Part shown: positions 44,676 to 54,014 of the stretch, piece after piece
How positions within the stretch are numbered: position 1 is the first letter of the stretch
How the letters are laid out: every line of letters starts with the position of its first letter
Assembly: GCA_040905465.1 (NCBI GenBank)
Contig: JBBDRK010000043.1
Coordinates: forward strand, 38,818-102,817
DNA: 64,000 bases
Direction of reading: 5' to 3'
From: Trueperaceae bacterium
Lineage (GTDB): Bacteria; Deinococcota; Deinococci; Deinococcales; Trueperaceae
The notes under the pieces: generated by a model
Databases searched by the model: none
Told to the model about the DNA's origin: nothing
Seen by the model: only the letters and a program-made list of their open reading frames with translations
Translations under genes and position numbers: made by a program

Positions 44676-46052
44676 CTACCGCAAGACCTCCCATGTTCCG
44701 CCTGTCGCTTCCAACAGCTCGGCAACGGCCCTGACGTATGCGATCCAGGCGCGGTGAAGACGGACCCGGGTGCCGCCGACGGCGCTCTCCGAGCGGGCGA
44801 GGTCGCGCTTTGCCCGCGCCAGGTCACGCTCGCCGGCCGAGGCGCTCGCCTCTTCGGAACGGGTTGCGGCCGCCACTTCATCCCTGTTCAGAGTCCGCTG
44901 CGCGAGCAACTGCTCGGCGAGCGCTACCTCCTCTTCGGCCAGGGATAGCGCGGCTTCGGCCAGCTCGGCTTCGGTCACGGCCCGCTCCACGTCGATTCCG
45001 AAACGTTCGGCGAATGCGGTGATGCGCTCACGCGCTTCTTCTAGCGACCGCACCAGGAGCGGCAAGCCTTGCCAACTGTCGTCCAGGACGATCTCGGCGC
45101 TTATCTCCAATTGCCAGCGTTCGGGACCGCCGGGAGCACTCAGGCCGAAGGTCGCTCCCGGCCGGCCGTTCACGATGCCACCCTCTAAGTCCACCGTGGC
45201 GGCTCGTGTACGGTAGGCGGCGCCCAGGCGCAGGTCATCGAGAGGTCCCGCTCGGGTTTCGTCCAGTTCGGCCTCGGCCTCGAGCAGCTCGAGTTCCAGC
45301 ATCCGGTAGTCATGGACATTCTCGAGGAGCATGCCGGCGCCGGCGGGATCCGGGAGCGCGAAGCGCAGCGGCTGGTACCGTGCCGGCCCGGCGAAGCCGA
45401 ATTCGAATGCTCGTTCGCGTGCCTGCGCCAAATGGTGAAGGGCGCGTCGGTAGTCGAGAGCGGCCTTGCGCTGGTCCAGCCGAGCGATCCTCAGCTCGGC
45501 ATGTCCGGTGGGGGAGGTGGCTGCGGCGCTCGCCGTGGTGGCGGCAAGCGCCGCGTCCGCTTCCGCCAGGTCGCGACGCTCCCGCGCCTCCTGCTCCTGC
45601 GCAAGAAGAAGCTCGGCGTGTGCCAGCAGCGCGTCTCTGACCCCGAGAACGCGCAACCGGTGGAGATCCCGGCGGGCGCGCTGGAGGGACTGCAGGCTTC
45701 TGGCGTGCGTTGCCGGGCGATCCGCGAAGTTCATCCAAGCCGACAGGCCGAAACGGGTCGTGAGTTCTCCGGCATCCGGTTCGCCGGGATAACCCTGGAA
45801 ACGGAGCAGCGGGCGCAGCCGGGCCGAGTAGTCGACCTGTCCCCAGGGGGTGAGCTCCTGTGCCAGTCTCTCGACGCGCCGGCGAGCGGCTTCGGCGTCC
45901 GGGTGCTCCCAGGCCAGTGCCCTTTGGGCGAGCTGTTCGGGTTGCGCGGCGCCGGCCAACTGCGTCCACTGCAAAACGAGCAGCGCCGCCAGAAGGAGCT
46001 TCGCCGTCGTCCGGCTTGCCGGGGTTCTACGGGTGCTTTCCAAGCGATTCAT
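44676..46052 (-). CDS. TolC-like outer-membrane efflux family protein (putative), secreted
   Basis: Signal peptide AKLLLAALLVLQWTQLAGAAQ. Long Ala/Leu/Glu/Arg-rich coiled-coil repeats in two halves, as in OEP/TolC proteins. Assigned by pattern only. Confidence 0.45.
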   Translation of the reverse strand: MNRLESTRRTPASRTTAKLLLAALLVLQWTQLAGAAQPEQLAQRALAWEHPDAEAARRRVERLAQELTPWGQVDYSARLRPLLRFQGYPGEPDAGELTTRFGLSAWMNFADRPATHARSLQSLQRARRDLHRLRVLGVRDALLAHAELLLAQEQEARERRDLAEADAALAATTASAAATSPTGHAELRIARLDQRKAALDYRRALHHLAQARERAFEFGFAGPARYQPLRFALPDPAGAGMLLENVHDYRMLELELLEAEAELDETRAGPLDDLRLGAAYRTRAATVDLEGGIVNGRPGATFGLSAPGGPERWQLEISAEIVLDDSWQGLPLLVRSLEEARERITAFAERFGIDVERAVTEAELAEAALSLAEEEVALAEQLLAQRTLNRDEVAAATRSEEASASAGERDLARAKRDLARSESAVGGTRVRLHRAWIAYVRAVAELLEATGGTWEVLR

Positions 46053-46304
46053 GCGTCCACCCTTTCCGGTCTCGGCCGATATCGGGATGGGCAGTCGCCT
46101 CGCTAGGTCACGGCGGCCTGCAGCCTGATTCGGCCTCTGACCAGCCAGCGGGAGGAGTGGTGGAATCGGCGAACGTGATGCCTGCTCTAATTTGTTTCAG
46201 AATACTGCCATACTATTTTCATATGCCAGACCGAAGTCCCGGGGTAGACTCCGGTCTGAGCGGGAAGTTCATCGAGAGCTACATCGTTGACAGATGGAGG
46301 GGGC

Positions 46305-46529
46305 ATGCCGGACCAAGGGGTCGACCGAGGGGGCATTCAGGAAGTAGTCAGGGACGTTACTTCATTGGCTGAGGCCAAGGGGCGCGACCAGACGTTCGAG
46401 TTCGAGTTGTACCTGTTGCAGTGGCAGGCGGAGTTGGCGGCCGATAACGGCAGCGAGGAACTCGAGGGGTTGGTGCTGCGTGAGGCAGCCGAGTTGCGGC
46501 GGCAGATCGAGAAGATGACGACCGCCTGA
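46305..46529 (+). CDS. Small hypothetical protein (74 aa, acidic, helical)
   Basis: ATG 46305 is preceded by GGAGGGGG. Third-position GC is high, like neighbouring genes. I recognise no family. Confidence 0.5.
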   Translation: MPDQGVDRGGIQEVVRDVTSLAEAKGRDQTFEFELYLLQWQAELAADNGSEELEGLVLREAAELRRQIEKMTTA

Positions 46530-46635
46530 GAGCCGGCAGAGGAGTCTTCTACCAGTGGAACCGCGCGCGCGGCCTCGAGCGGCGCGCGCACTTCTGGTGT
46601 GCCGGAGCGCCAGCTCGGTTTCGCGTGACGTTATC

Positions 46636-47400
46636 ATGCCCCGCGTGTCCGGTTCTCAGCACCTCCCACCTGACCCGGACGGCAGGCAGACAGTCGCCGA
46701 GTCGGGCGGAGCGAGCGCTAGGACCACCTTCCTGGAGGGGGTTCGTGACATTACGCCGATGGTGCTGGCCGTGACGCCGTTCGGCGCCGTCGCCGGCCTT
46801 GCCGCGGTGGGTTCGGGGCTCGGGTTCCACGAGGCGGTCGCCCTGTCGGCCCTGGTCAATGCCGGCTCGTCGCAACTCGCCGCGTTACAGCTCTACGCGC
46901 AGGGTGCGCCGCTGCTCGTGATCCTGGCTACCACCCTCGTCGTGAACCTGCGCTTCCTCATGTACAGCATGGCCCTTGCTCCATACCTCCACGGCGTGCC
47001 GAAGCGCTGGCGTCTGGCTGTCAGCCACGTGTTGGTGGACCAGACGTTCGCCTTCGCCGTCCGCCGCTTCGGTGACAGGCCGGGAGCCGGGCATCGCGTG
47101 GCCTACTTCCTCGGGCTGGGGATACCGCTGTTGCTGGCCTGGAACGGCGGCACCATCATCGGCGCTGCCCTGGGCGCCCAGGTTCCGGCCGGCTGGTCGC
47201 TCGACTTCGCGATTCCACTCACGTTCCTGGCGCTGTTGCTCCCGGCCATCAGGGACAGGCCGGCAGCGGTGGCCGCCGCTGCCGGCGGCGCGACGGCATT
47301 CCTCGGCCTCGGGCTCCCGTATAACCTCGGCCTGATCGTCGCCGCCCTAGTGGGAATAGCTGCCGGATTGCTGGCAGAGCGCAGATGGTGGCGAACATGA
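46636..47400 (+). CDS. azlC: AzlC family branched-chain amino acid exporter subunit
   Basis: F..G.RD..P......PFG...G......G........S..V.AGSSQ pattern, LVVNLRFLMYS and VDQTFA. Followed by azlD with an ATGA overlap. Confidence 0.75.
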   Translation: MPRVSGSQHLPPDPDGRQTVAESGGASARTTFLEGVRDITPMVLAVTPFGAVAGLAAVGSGLGFHEAVALSALVNAGSSQLAALQLYAQGAPLLVILATTLVVNLRFLMYSMALAPYLHGVPKRWRLAVSHVLVDQTFAFAVRRFGDRPGAGHRVAYFLGLGIPLLLAWNGGTIIGAALGAQVPAGWSLDFAIPLTFLALLLPAIRDRPAAVAAAAGGATAFLGLGLPYNLGLIVAALVGIAAGLLAERRWWRT

Positions 47401-47714
47401 GTCAGTACGCCTGGCTCCTGATAGTCAGCATGGGGCTCGTGACCTTTGCGCTGCGGCTCTCCTTCCTCATGCTCAACGGCCGCCTGGTATTCCCGCCGCT
47501 GGTGCAACGGGCATTGCGCTACGTGCCCTACGCGGTGCTGGCTGCGCTGGTGGTTCCGGCACTATTCGGCGGCCGCGAGGTCGATTTCGCGGTACAGCCG
47601 ACTCGGCTGATCGCCGCCCTGGTCGGCGCCGCCATCGCCTGGCGTTCCGGCTCGGTGCTCCTGACGCTTACGCTCGGCATGGTTACCCTCTGGCTCGGCA
47701 AGTTCCTGGTCTGA
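47397..47714 (+). CDS. azlD: AzlD family branched-chain amino acid transport protein
   Basis: About 105-aa hydrophobic protein with the ..VTFALRLSFL.. pattern. ATG 47397 overlaps the azlC TGA. Confidence 0.7.
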   Translation: MSQYAWLLIVSMGLVTFALRLSFLMLNGRLVFPPLVQRALRYVPYAVLAALVVPALFGGREVDFAVQPTRLIAALVGAAIAWRSGSVLLTLTLGMVTLWLGKFLV

Positions 47715-47782
47715 CTCCACGGTGGCCCGGGACCACGTCGGTTCCCGCGCCGCCGCCTACCGTGAGGCGGGAAGAGGTAACC

Positions 47783-48010
47783 ATGGCCGAGCACCGATCC
47801 GACGACTTGCCGGGCAACGACGACTCGCGTCCGACCGACACTTCAGAGAAGTACTCCCTGAGCCGATTGGCGCAGATGTTGGATGCGCCTCTCGAGAAGG
47901 TGCGCGCGTGGTTGACCGATGAGGGCATCCACCCTGTGCACCCCGACTACCCGGAGGATTACGGGGTAGATGCGATCGAGTTCGTGCGACTGAAGGGCCA
48001 CCAGTTCTGA
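47783..48010 (+). CDS. Small hypothetical protein with possible helix-turn-helix
   Basis: ATG 47783 follows GGGAAGAGG. YSLSRLAQMLDAPLEKVRAWLTDEGI looks HTH-like. GC3 is high. I recognise no family. Confidence 0.45.
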   Translation: MAEHRSDDLPGNDDSRPTDTSEKYSLSRLAQMLDAPLEKVRAWLTDEGIHPVHPDYPEDYGVDAIEFVRLKGHQF

Positions 48011-48035
48011 CCATCTGTACTCTCGACGAGCGATC

Positions 48036-48854
48036 CTAATCCGCGTCCCAGGCTGGTGCGTCTTTCGGCGCCACCAGTCGCTCACTGCGGGCCAGCGTGC
48101 CTATCCTGCTCATCTCCTCCTCGCTCAACGCGAAGTCGAATACCTCGAAATTGCTGTGCCGGTGCTCGCCTGTCGACGCCTTGGGAATGGCAGCCACCCG
48201 CTCCTGCTGTATCAGCCACCGTAGCGTGACCTGAACCGGGGTCTTGCCGTGCTCCCGGCTGATTGCCTTGAGTGTCTGGTCTTTCGACACGGCGCCCCTG
48301 GCGATAGGGCTGTAGGCGGTAAGAAGATAGTCCAGCTCGTGGGCGAGTTCGATCAGCGTCTTCTGCGAGAGAAAGGGGTGGTACTCGACCTGATTGGCGA
48401 AGATCCGGGCGTGGCGGCTGGCCTCGCGGACCAGTGCCGAGGGGAAGTTGCTGACACCCAGGTTGCGGGCCGCTCCCTCCTCCTGGAGTTCGCGCAAGGC
48501 CGCCAGGGTCTCTTCGAGCGGCACGTCGTCGTTGGGCCAGTGGAGCAACAGGAGGTCGACGTAATCGGTTCGCAGCTTGCGCAGGCTGTCGCGGGTGCTG
48601 GCGAGGGCCGCGTCGTGCCGAAAGTTGCCGGGGTGCACCTTGGTGACCAGGAAGACCTGGTCGCGCGGCACGGTCGAGTTGGCGAGGGCCGCGCCTACAT
48701 GCTCCTCGTTGTCGTAGGACTGTGCGGTGTCGATGTGACGGTAGCCGATCGCGAGGGCGTCGGCTACGCTGTTGCGGCACTCGTCGCCGCTCATCCTGAA
48801 CGTGCCGAATCCCAGTGCCGGTACCCGCGTCCCGTGAATGACGTGATCGATCAT
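48036..48854 (-). CDS. Aldo/keto reductase (2,5-diketo-D-gluconate reductase-like)
   Basis: LGFGTF, GYRHIDTAQSYDNE, LLHWP, LGVSNF and NQVEYHP. ATG follows AGGAGG. Confidence 0.85.
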   Translation of the reverse strand: MIDHVIHGTRVPALGFGTFRMSGDECRNSVADALAIGYRHIDTAQSYDNEEHVGAALANSTVPRDQVFLVTKVHPGNFRHDAALASTRDSLRKLRTDYVDLLLLHWPNDDVPLEETLAALRELQEEGAARNLGVSNFPSALVREASRHARIFANQVEYHPFLSQKTLIELAHELDYLLTAYSPIARGAVSKDQTLKAISREHGKTPVQVTLRWLIQQERVAAIPKASTGEHRHSNFEVFDFALSEEEMSRIGTLARSERLVAPKDAPAWDAD

Positions 48855-48982
48855 GTTGGCCTCCTGGGGACGAAGTTACCGCACCGAACAGGCCGCGGTG
48901 GAACACCACGGCCTGTGTCGCGCACTGTATCTCGGCCACTGCCGCTATCGGACCGGCGCAACCGGTCCGATAGCGGCTCCCG

Positions 48983-49702
48983 TCAGGCGTGAGCCATCTG
49001 GTCGCGCACCGCCGACGGCAACTGCTGCTCGAGCCACTCCGACATCGCCTCTTCCTCGCGCAGGATCTGCCGGCAGACACGCGCCGTCTCGCTATCGCCG
49101 ATCTCGTCGGCGGCGGTGATTATCCCTTGGTAGGAGGCGATCTCCAACCGTTCGGCCGCGGAGTCCGCCAGGATGTTCTTCACGAGCTCATCCTTGGCGG
49201 GCGTGGTTGCGACCCCTTGGACCGTGCCCATGACCGTGCTCATGCCGCTCTTGAGCATGGAGACCCGTCCGCCCAGGCGTTCGATACACTCCCGAACCAG
49301 CTCGGCGTGGTGACGGGTCTCTTCCAGGTGGCGCTCGAGCCGCGCCTGCATTACCGGGTGTTCCTTCGCGTTGTGGGCGTGATGCCTGAGGCTCTGCGCT
49401 ACCGCTTTCTCCATGGCATGGGCGTCGGTGAGCCACGCGAGCAGCGTGCGCTTCTTCGCGTCCTTGGTGCCGCCGCGGTAGGCCATGCCGGCCTCGCCAC
49501 CGGCCCAGCCGTACTGGTCGTCAGTTCCGGCGCGAGAACGGCGGCGCGCCAAGAACATCCCTACCGCCAGCGCGATCCCGGTGCCCATAAGCACGGTTCG
49601 CAGCGGACGACGGCGAACCATGCCGGTCAGATTCGAGCCCGTGCCGGCCTCCCGGTTCCTCTCCCGGTGTTCGATCATCGGTTCGGTTGCGTGGTAATCC
49701 AT
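48983..49702 (-). CDS. Ferritin-like DUF892 (YciE/YciF-type) protein with N-terminal membrane-anchor extension
   Basis: The C-terminal ~165 aa (LLAWLTDAHAMEKAVAQSL...EIASYQGIITAADEIGD...EEEAMSEWLEQQ) match the DUF892 pattern. It is preceded by a TM segment LRTVLMGTGIALAVGMFLA. ATG 49702 has GGGAGGGG 8 nt upstream; the track start at 49798 has none. Confidence 0.65.
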   Translation of the reverse strand: MDYHATEPMIEHRERNREAGTGSNLTGMVRRRPLRTVLMGTGIALAVGMFLARRRSRAGTDDQYGWAGGEAGMAYRGGTKDAKKRTLLAWLTDAHAMEKAVAQSLRHHAHNAKEHPVMQARLERHLEETRHHAELVRECIERLGGRVSMLKSGMSTVMGTVQGVATTPAKDELVKNILADSAAERLEIASYQGIITAADEIGDSETARVCRQILREEEAMSEWLEQQLPSAVRDQMAHA

Positions 49703-49947
49703 CGGAGTAGCCCCTCCCGTGTTCTGAATCGGTGTCGACTCGGCGCTATTCTCGAGCATTAGTCCGCCGGCAACTGCCCGTCCGCGCGCCGAGTACATAG
49801 CGGTCCGCGGTGCAGTCGTCTCGGCTCGCCCCCGAGTCTAGCGGTAGCGGCCTCGGGGCTCTTGGATGTAGGCCACGAAGGATCGACAGTATGCCGGAAC
49901 TCGCCGGCCACGTGCCTCCGCAGTTACAGTCGACTATTGGAGGCCTT

Positions 49948-50334
49948 ATGCCGAAAGTAACCGTCGACGGCAAGAGCATCGAGAGCACGCCGGACCGCAG
50001 ATTGGTCCTGGCGGTCGAGGAGCTGGGAATCGATATCGGCCACCGTTGCGGTGGCAAGGCGCGGTGCACCACCTGCCGGGTCGAAGTCGTCACCGGCGAA
50101 CCTGACAGCATGACCAAGGCGGAGTACGCCAAGCTCGAGGAGAAAGGGTTGCTGGGCCAGGTCCGCCTGTCCTGCCAGATCCTCACCTCCCATGACATGG
50201 AGGTTCGCCCGCTGATGACACTGCAGAGCGAAGGCTGGCCAGACACCGGACCCACCCCGGACGAGGTGGTGGAGCCGGACCCGGAATGGCACCCGATGTC
50301 GGAGCTGGAGGCGGCCGCGCATGACCAACACTAG
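49948..50334 (+). CDS. 2Fe-2S ferredoxin-type protein
   Basis: ATG 49948 follows GGAGG. Cys ligand pattern HRCGGKARCTTC...LSCQ. Confidence 0.7.
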   Translation: MPKVTVDGKSIESTPDRRLVLAVEELGIDIGHRCGGKARCTTCRVEVVTGEPDSMTKAEYAKLEEKGLLGQVRLSCQILTSHDMEVRPLMTLQSEGWPDTGPTPDEVVEPDPEWHPMSELEAAAHDQH

Positions 50335-50422
50335 GAGCGATTTCTAGGAACAAACTCGGGTTGAACGAACTCACGGCGACGCGGCCAGGCTGACGGCTTT
50401 ACGACCGTCAACCCAGGTCGCG

Positions 50423-50971
50423 CTACCCGCCATGACCGCCTTCGAGGAGCTCGTCTCGGGTGTTGTCCATCGCTATCGGGCCGTGGCCATCGAGGATTCG
50501 GCCTGCGTCGGCAACCCGGTCGTCCGGCACGTACAGGAACAGCAGGGTTTCGCCGCGGCGCAAGGCGTGGCTGTATTCGTTGGAGTCGAGAGGCGGAATG
50601 CCACTTCGAGCCAGTGCACCGGCAACTCCGCCGGTCGCCCCACCGAGGCCCGCCCCGGCCAGAGCGGAAGCCAACGGACCGACCGCCAGGGCGGGGCCGA
50701 TCCCGGGGATCACCAACAGGCCCAGTCCCATCAACAACCCGGTAGCGCCACCGAGAGCGGCGCCGGCTGTCACCCCGAGCGCCGCCCCGGAGGACATCTT
50801 CTCGGGATCGTCCGCCAGCGGCATCTCGTCCATGGTGTCGAATCCCAGGGACTGAGACGAGTGCGGCGCGATGAGGCTTATCGCGGCGCGATCGAACCCC
50901 GCGGCAACCAGGGCTTCGGTAGCGTCGCTCGCGTCTTCGAGCCTTTCGAATAGCCGAGAGACCGATTTCAT
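50423..50971 (-). CDS. Glycine-zipper membrane stress protein (YflT/general-stress-protein-17M-like N-domain)
   Basis: N-terminal F....DA..A...L...GF....I pattern. The central Gly/Ala-rich zipper is GAALGVTAGAALGGATGLLMGLGLLVIPGIGPALAVGPLASALAGAGLGGATGGVAGAL. Confidence 0.5.
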   Translation of the reverse strand: MKSVSRLFERLEDASDATEALVAAGFDRAAISLIAPHSSQSLGFDTMDEMPLADDPEKMSSGAALGVTAGAALGGATGLLMGLGLLVIPGIGPALAVGPLASALAGAGLGGATGGVAGALARSGIPPLDSNEYSHALRRGETLLFLYVPDDRVADAGRILDGHGPIAMDNTRDELLEGGHGG

Positions 50972-51170
50972 TACCCCTCCTTCCGGGGCATTGCCTTACC
51001 CGTCCATGCCCGCTCGCTGGCGTCTTCAGCACCCGAACCGACAGGGCGTGGCATCTACCCTAGCGGCTCGAGGTGCCGGCGACAATGGCGGCTCGCACGC
51101 AAACCGGCGGGCGTGAAATCGGCTGTGGTGGGGGAAGCTTCGCGCGGAACGGCGCCCGTGAAGTGCGAAG

Positions 51171-52754
51171 ATGGTTCGCGTGGACCCTGCGGCTTCCGAA
51201 CCGACGGTAGAAGTGGCCGGTAGCGCGCCCAGGCGCTCGAGCGCACGCGGGGCGCTCACCCTGATGGTCGGCACGCTCGCCAGCCGGGTCACCGGCCTGC
51301 TGCGTAGTTCGATCCTCACCCAGTTCTTTCCCGCGGGCGTCTCCGACGCCTTCCTTACCGCTTTCAAGGTTCCCAACCTGTTTCGTGAGTTGTTGGCCGA
51401 GGGCGCCCTGACCAACTCGTTCGTGCCCGTTTATCGCCGGGTCGCAGGCGACGAGCGGCGGCGGCTGACCGGCGCGCTGCTCGGCCTGCTGGCGCTCGTC
51501 AACGGCCTGCTGATGCTGATCGCCTACCTGGCGGCGCCGCTGCTGGCGCGGCTGCTGATCGATGTCGATGCCGGAAACGTCGACGTGGAGCTGACGACCA
51601 GGCTGATCCGGATCGTGTTCCCGTTCCTTCCGGCGATCTCGTTCTCGGCGCTGGCCATGGGGATACTAAACGCAGAAGAAAGGTTCCTGGCCCCGGCGTG
51701 GGCGCCGGTGATGCTCAACGTTGTGACGGTGACGCTGATGGCGCTCTTCCCCGGCCAGGCAGTCATCCTCACGCTGGCGCATGTGCTCGGCGGTACCGCC
51801 CAGCTCCTGGTGCAACTGCCGGCACTGGCTCGCAACGGCCTGCTGCCCAGCGCGCGATCGCTGTGGCATCCGGCGCTCGGCGGGGTGCTGCTGCTGATGG
51901 CGCCGTTCGCGTTCACGACCAGCGGCCGGCAGCTTCTCAACGTGCTCGCGTCGAACCTCGTCACGGGGCTCTTCGAAGGAGCCCAGAACGCATTCACCAA
52001 CGCCGACCTGTTCCTGAGCCTGATGCTCGGGCTCTTCTCGATCTCGCCGGCCCTGGCTTACTACTCGCGGCTCTCGGCCCACGCGGTCGACCAGCCCGAG
52101 TCGTTCGGACCGACCCTGACGGAGGGCCTTCGGCTCATCGCCTTCCTGACCGTTCCGGCCGGGCTGGCGCTGGCGGTGCTGGCCGAGCCGGCCGTGCAGG
52201 TGGCGTTCAACTGGCGGACGTTGTTCGGACCTCCGCTCGACGACGCGCGGCTCCTGGGGTCGATCGCCGCTACCGCCCCTCTCGGCCTGGCGGTGTTCCC
52301 GATCGGCATGTTCAACCTGCTCGTCCGCACATTCTATGTCCGGCGCCAGGTAGTCACACCCGTCCTCGTGGTGTTGGGAACGCTGGTCGTACAGGGCACG
52401 CTCTACCTGTTGCTGGTGGAGCCGTACGGCATCGCCGGACTCTCCTGGGGAGCGGTGGCGGCAGCGTGGGCGCAGTTGCTGGTCACGCTGACGTTGGTTG
52501 CGCGTCGGGAAGGCCTGGCGCTCCCCGAACTGCTGCGCGGACTCGCGCTGGTGTGGCTGGCGGCGCTGGCCGCGGCCGCCGGAACCGTGGGCATGCTGCT
52601 GCTGCTGGGCGTCTCCGGCGGCTGGTCGGCGGAGCTTCTGGAGTTCACGGTGGGCGCGATCGCGTTCGGCGCCATCTACGCCGTGGCCGGTTGGCTCCTG
52701 GGCGTCAGCGAGCTGCGCACTCTGGTGGCGCGGCTGACGTCGCGGGGAAGGTAG
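51171..52754 (+). CDS. murJ: Lipid II flippase MurJ (MviN)
   Basis: SR.TGL.R......FG.G...DAF..AF..PNLFR.L.AEGAL...FVPVY pattern and about 14 TM segments. Confidence 0.85.
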   Translation: MVRVDPAASEPTVEVAGSAPRRSSARGALTLMVGTLASRVTGLLRSSILTQFFPAGVSDAFLTAFKVPNLFRELLAEGALTNSFVPVYRRVAGDERRRLTGALLGLLALVNGLLMLIAYLAAPLLARLLIDVDAGNVDVELTTRLIRIVFPFLPAISFSALAMGILNAEERFLAPAWAPVMLNVVTVTLMALFPGQAVILTLAHVLGGTAQLLVQLPALARNGLLPSARSLWHPALGGVLLLMAPFAFTTSGRQLLNVLASNLVTGLFEGAQNAFTNADLFLSLMLGLFSISPALAYYSRLSAHAVDQPESFGPTLTEGLRLIAFLTVPAGLALAVLAEPAVQVAFNWRTLFGPPLDDARLLGSIAATAPLGLAVFPIGMFNLLVRTFYVRRQVVTPVLVVLGTLVVQGTLYLLLVEPYGIAGLSWGAVAAAWAQLLVTLTLVARREGLALPELLRGLALVWLAALAAAAGTVGMLLLLGVSGGWSAELLEFTVGAIAFGAIYAVAGWLLGVSELRTLVARLTSRGR

Positions 52755-52773
52755 AGGCGGCCAGACGGTTCCG

Positions 52774-53463
52774 TCAGCCGAACGAGGGCGTGCCGTGAAT
52801 CCGCTCGGCCAGTTCATACGACACCGCAACCGCATGCCCCTCCCGCTCGAGCGTCAGGGGACCGGCCAGAGGGGCGATGTCGGTTATCACGATCTCGCTG
52901 CCCGGCACCAGGCCGTGGCCGTCGAGGTACCGCAGAACGTCGGTTCGCTGATCGGTAATCCGCGTGATCCGCAACCGCGCGCCGAGCTCCCAGGCGACCA
53001 GGGGCTGGCCGGAGTCTTCCGGCAGACGGCCGTCGCGAGCGGGTATCGGGTCGCCGTGCGGATCGTGGGTGGGATGGCCGAGCGCCGTGGCGATCCGGTC
53101 CTCGAAGTCTTCGCTGATGTGGTGTTCCAGCTTTTCGGCTTCGTCGTGCACTTCGTGCCACTCGTAGCCGAGCGCTTCCGCCAGATAGGTTTCCAGCAGG
53201 CGATGATGGCGAATGGTCTCCAGCGCCATCTTGCGTCCGGCCGAAGTCAGCGATGCGCCTTGGTACGGCTCGTATTCGATCAGGTGGAGCTCGAAGAGCT
53301 TTCTGAGCATCCCGGTTACCGAGGCCGGGCTCACGCCGAGCGTAGCCGCCAGCGCCTGCGTCTTGACCGCCTGCTCGCCGAGCTCGAATAGCGCCTTCAG
53401 GTAGTCTTCAACGGCGCTGGTCACCACGCGCGTCGGCCGTGCGCCGCCAGGCTGGTCGCTCAT
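52774..53463 (-). CDS. DtxR/MntR family metal-dependent transcriptional repressor with C-terminal FeoA/SH3-like domain
   Basis: EDYLKALFEL, LGVSPASVTGMLRKL, IRHHRLLETYL and EAEKLEHHISE. ATG is at 53463; the long in-frame extension to 53820 is Arg/Pro-rich and is rejected. Confidence 0.85.
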   Translation of the reverse strand: MSDQPGGARPTRVVTSAVEDYLKALFELGEQAVKTQALAATLGVSPASVTGMLRKLFELHLIEYEPYQGASLTSAGRKMALETIRHHRLLETYLAEALGYEWHEVHDEAEKLEHHISEDFEDRIATALGHPTHDPHGDPIPARDGRLPEDSGQPLVAWELGARLRITRITDQRTDVLRYLDGHGLVPGSEIVITDIAPLAGPLTLEREGHAVAVSYELAERIHGTPSFG

Positions 53464-54014
53464 CGGTGGTGATCCGCTCGTGTAGTCGCGCCGAGTTCCA
53501 TGATCTTCGAGTTTAGCCGGGTACGGCTGCCGGCGGGGCGGGTCGCCGTCCGCGGCCGGGGGTTCGCCGGCGGGACGTGGGGGCGACGGCGGTGAACGTG
53601 GGACAGGGCGTGGTCTCGCCTCCCGGCGCGACCTAGCATTGGCTTGCCGGGAACCGCGGCCGAGACGCACGGTCGATACAGGCGATCGGGACAGGCGGTT
53701 GGCCAGCGAAGGTCCCCGACCGCTCGGGGGTCCCGGCGAAGGGGGAACCGTGGAAGCCATCGAAACAGCGCTAGCACCAGCTCTCGTCGCGTTGGCGAGC
53801 GTTGCCGGGCTGGCGGCCACCTACCGTGCCTCGCGCACTGGCCGGGATCGCGAGTTACGACGTCGCCGGCAGCCGATCGGCGTTCGTTCACGCTGTTCGC
53901 CGACCCGCCGGCAGCGTTCCGGCGCATAGCCTTGCGGCCGGGACGGCGGCGAAGTAGGAGCGCGACGCAGAATCACACCATCACCGGACGCGGCCCGGAA
54001 ACGGCCCACCGCCG

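Noticed and set aside
53464-53820. N-terminal extension of the DtxR/MntR-type ORF (track 52774-53820).
   Set aside because: The extension is an Arg/Pro/Ser-rich low-complexity stretch. The family-like sequence begins at the ATG at 53463.
53750-53929. 59-aa ORF (one hydrophobic helix plus Arg-rich tail), considered as a small membrane or toxin-like protein.
   Set aside because: Third-position GC is clearly lower than in neighbouring genes and the tail is low complexity. It is kept only as a note under the gap finding, not called as a feature.
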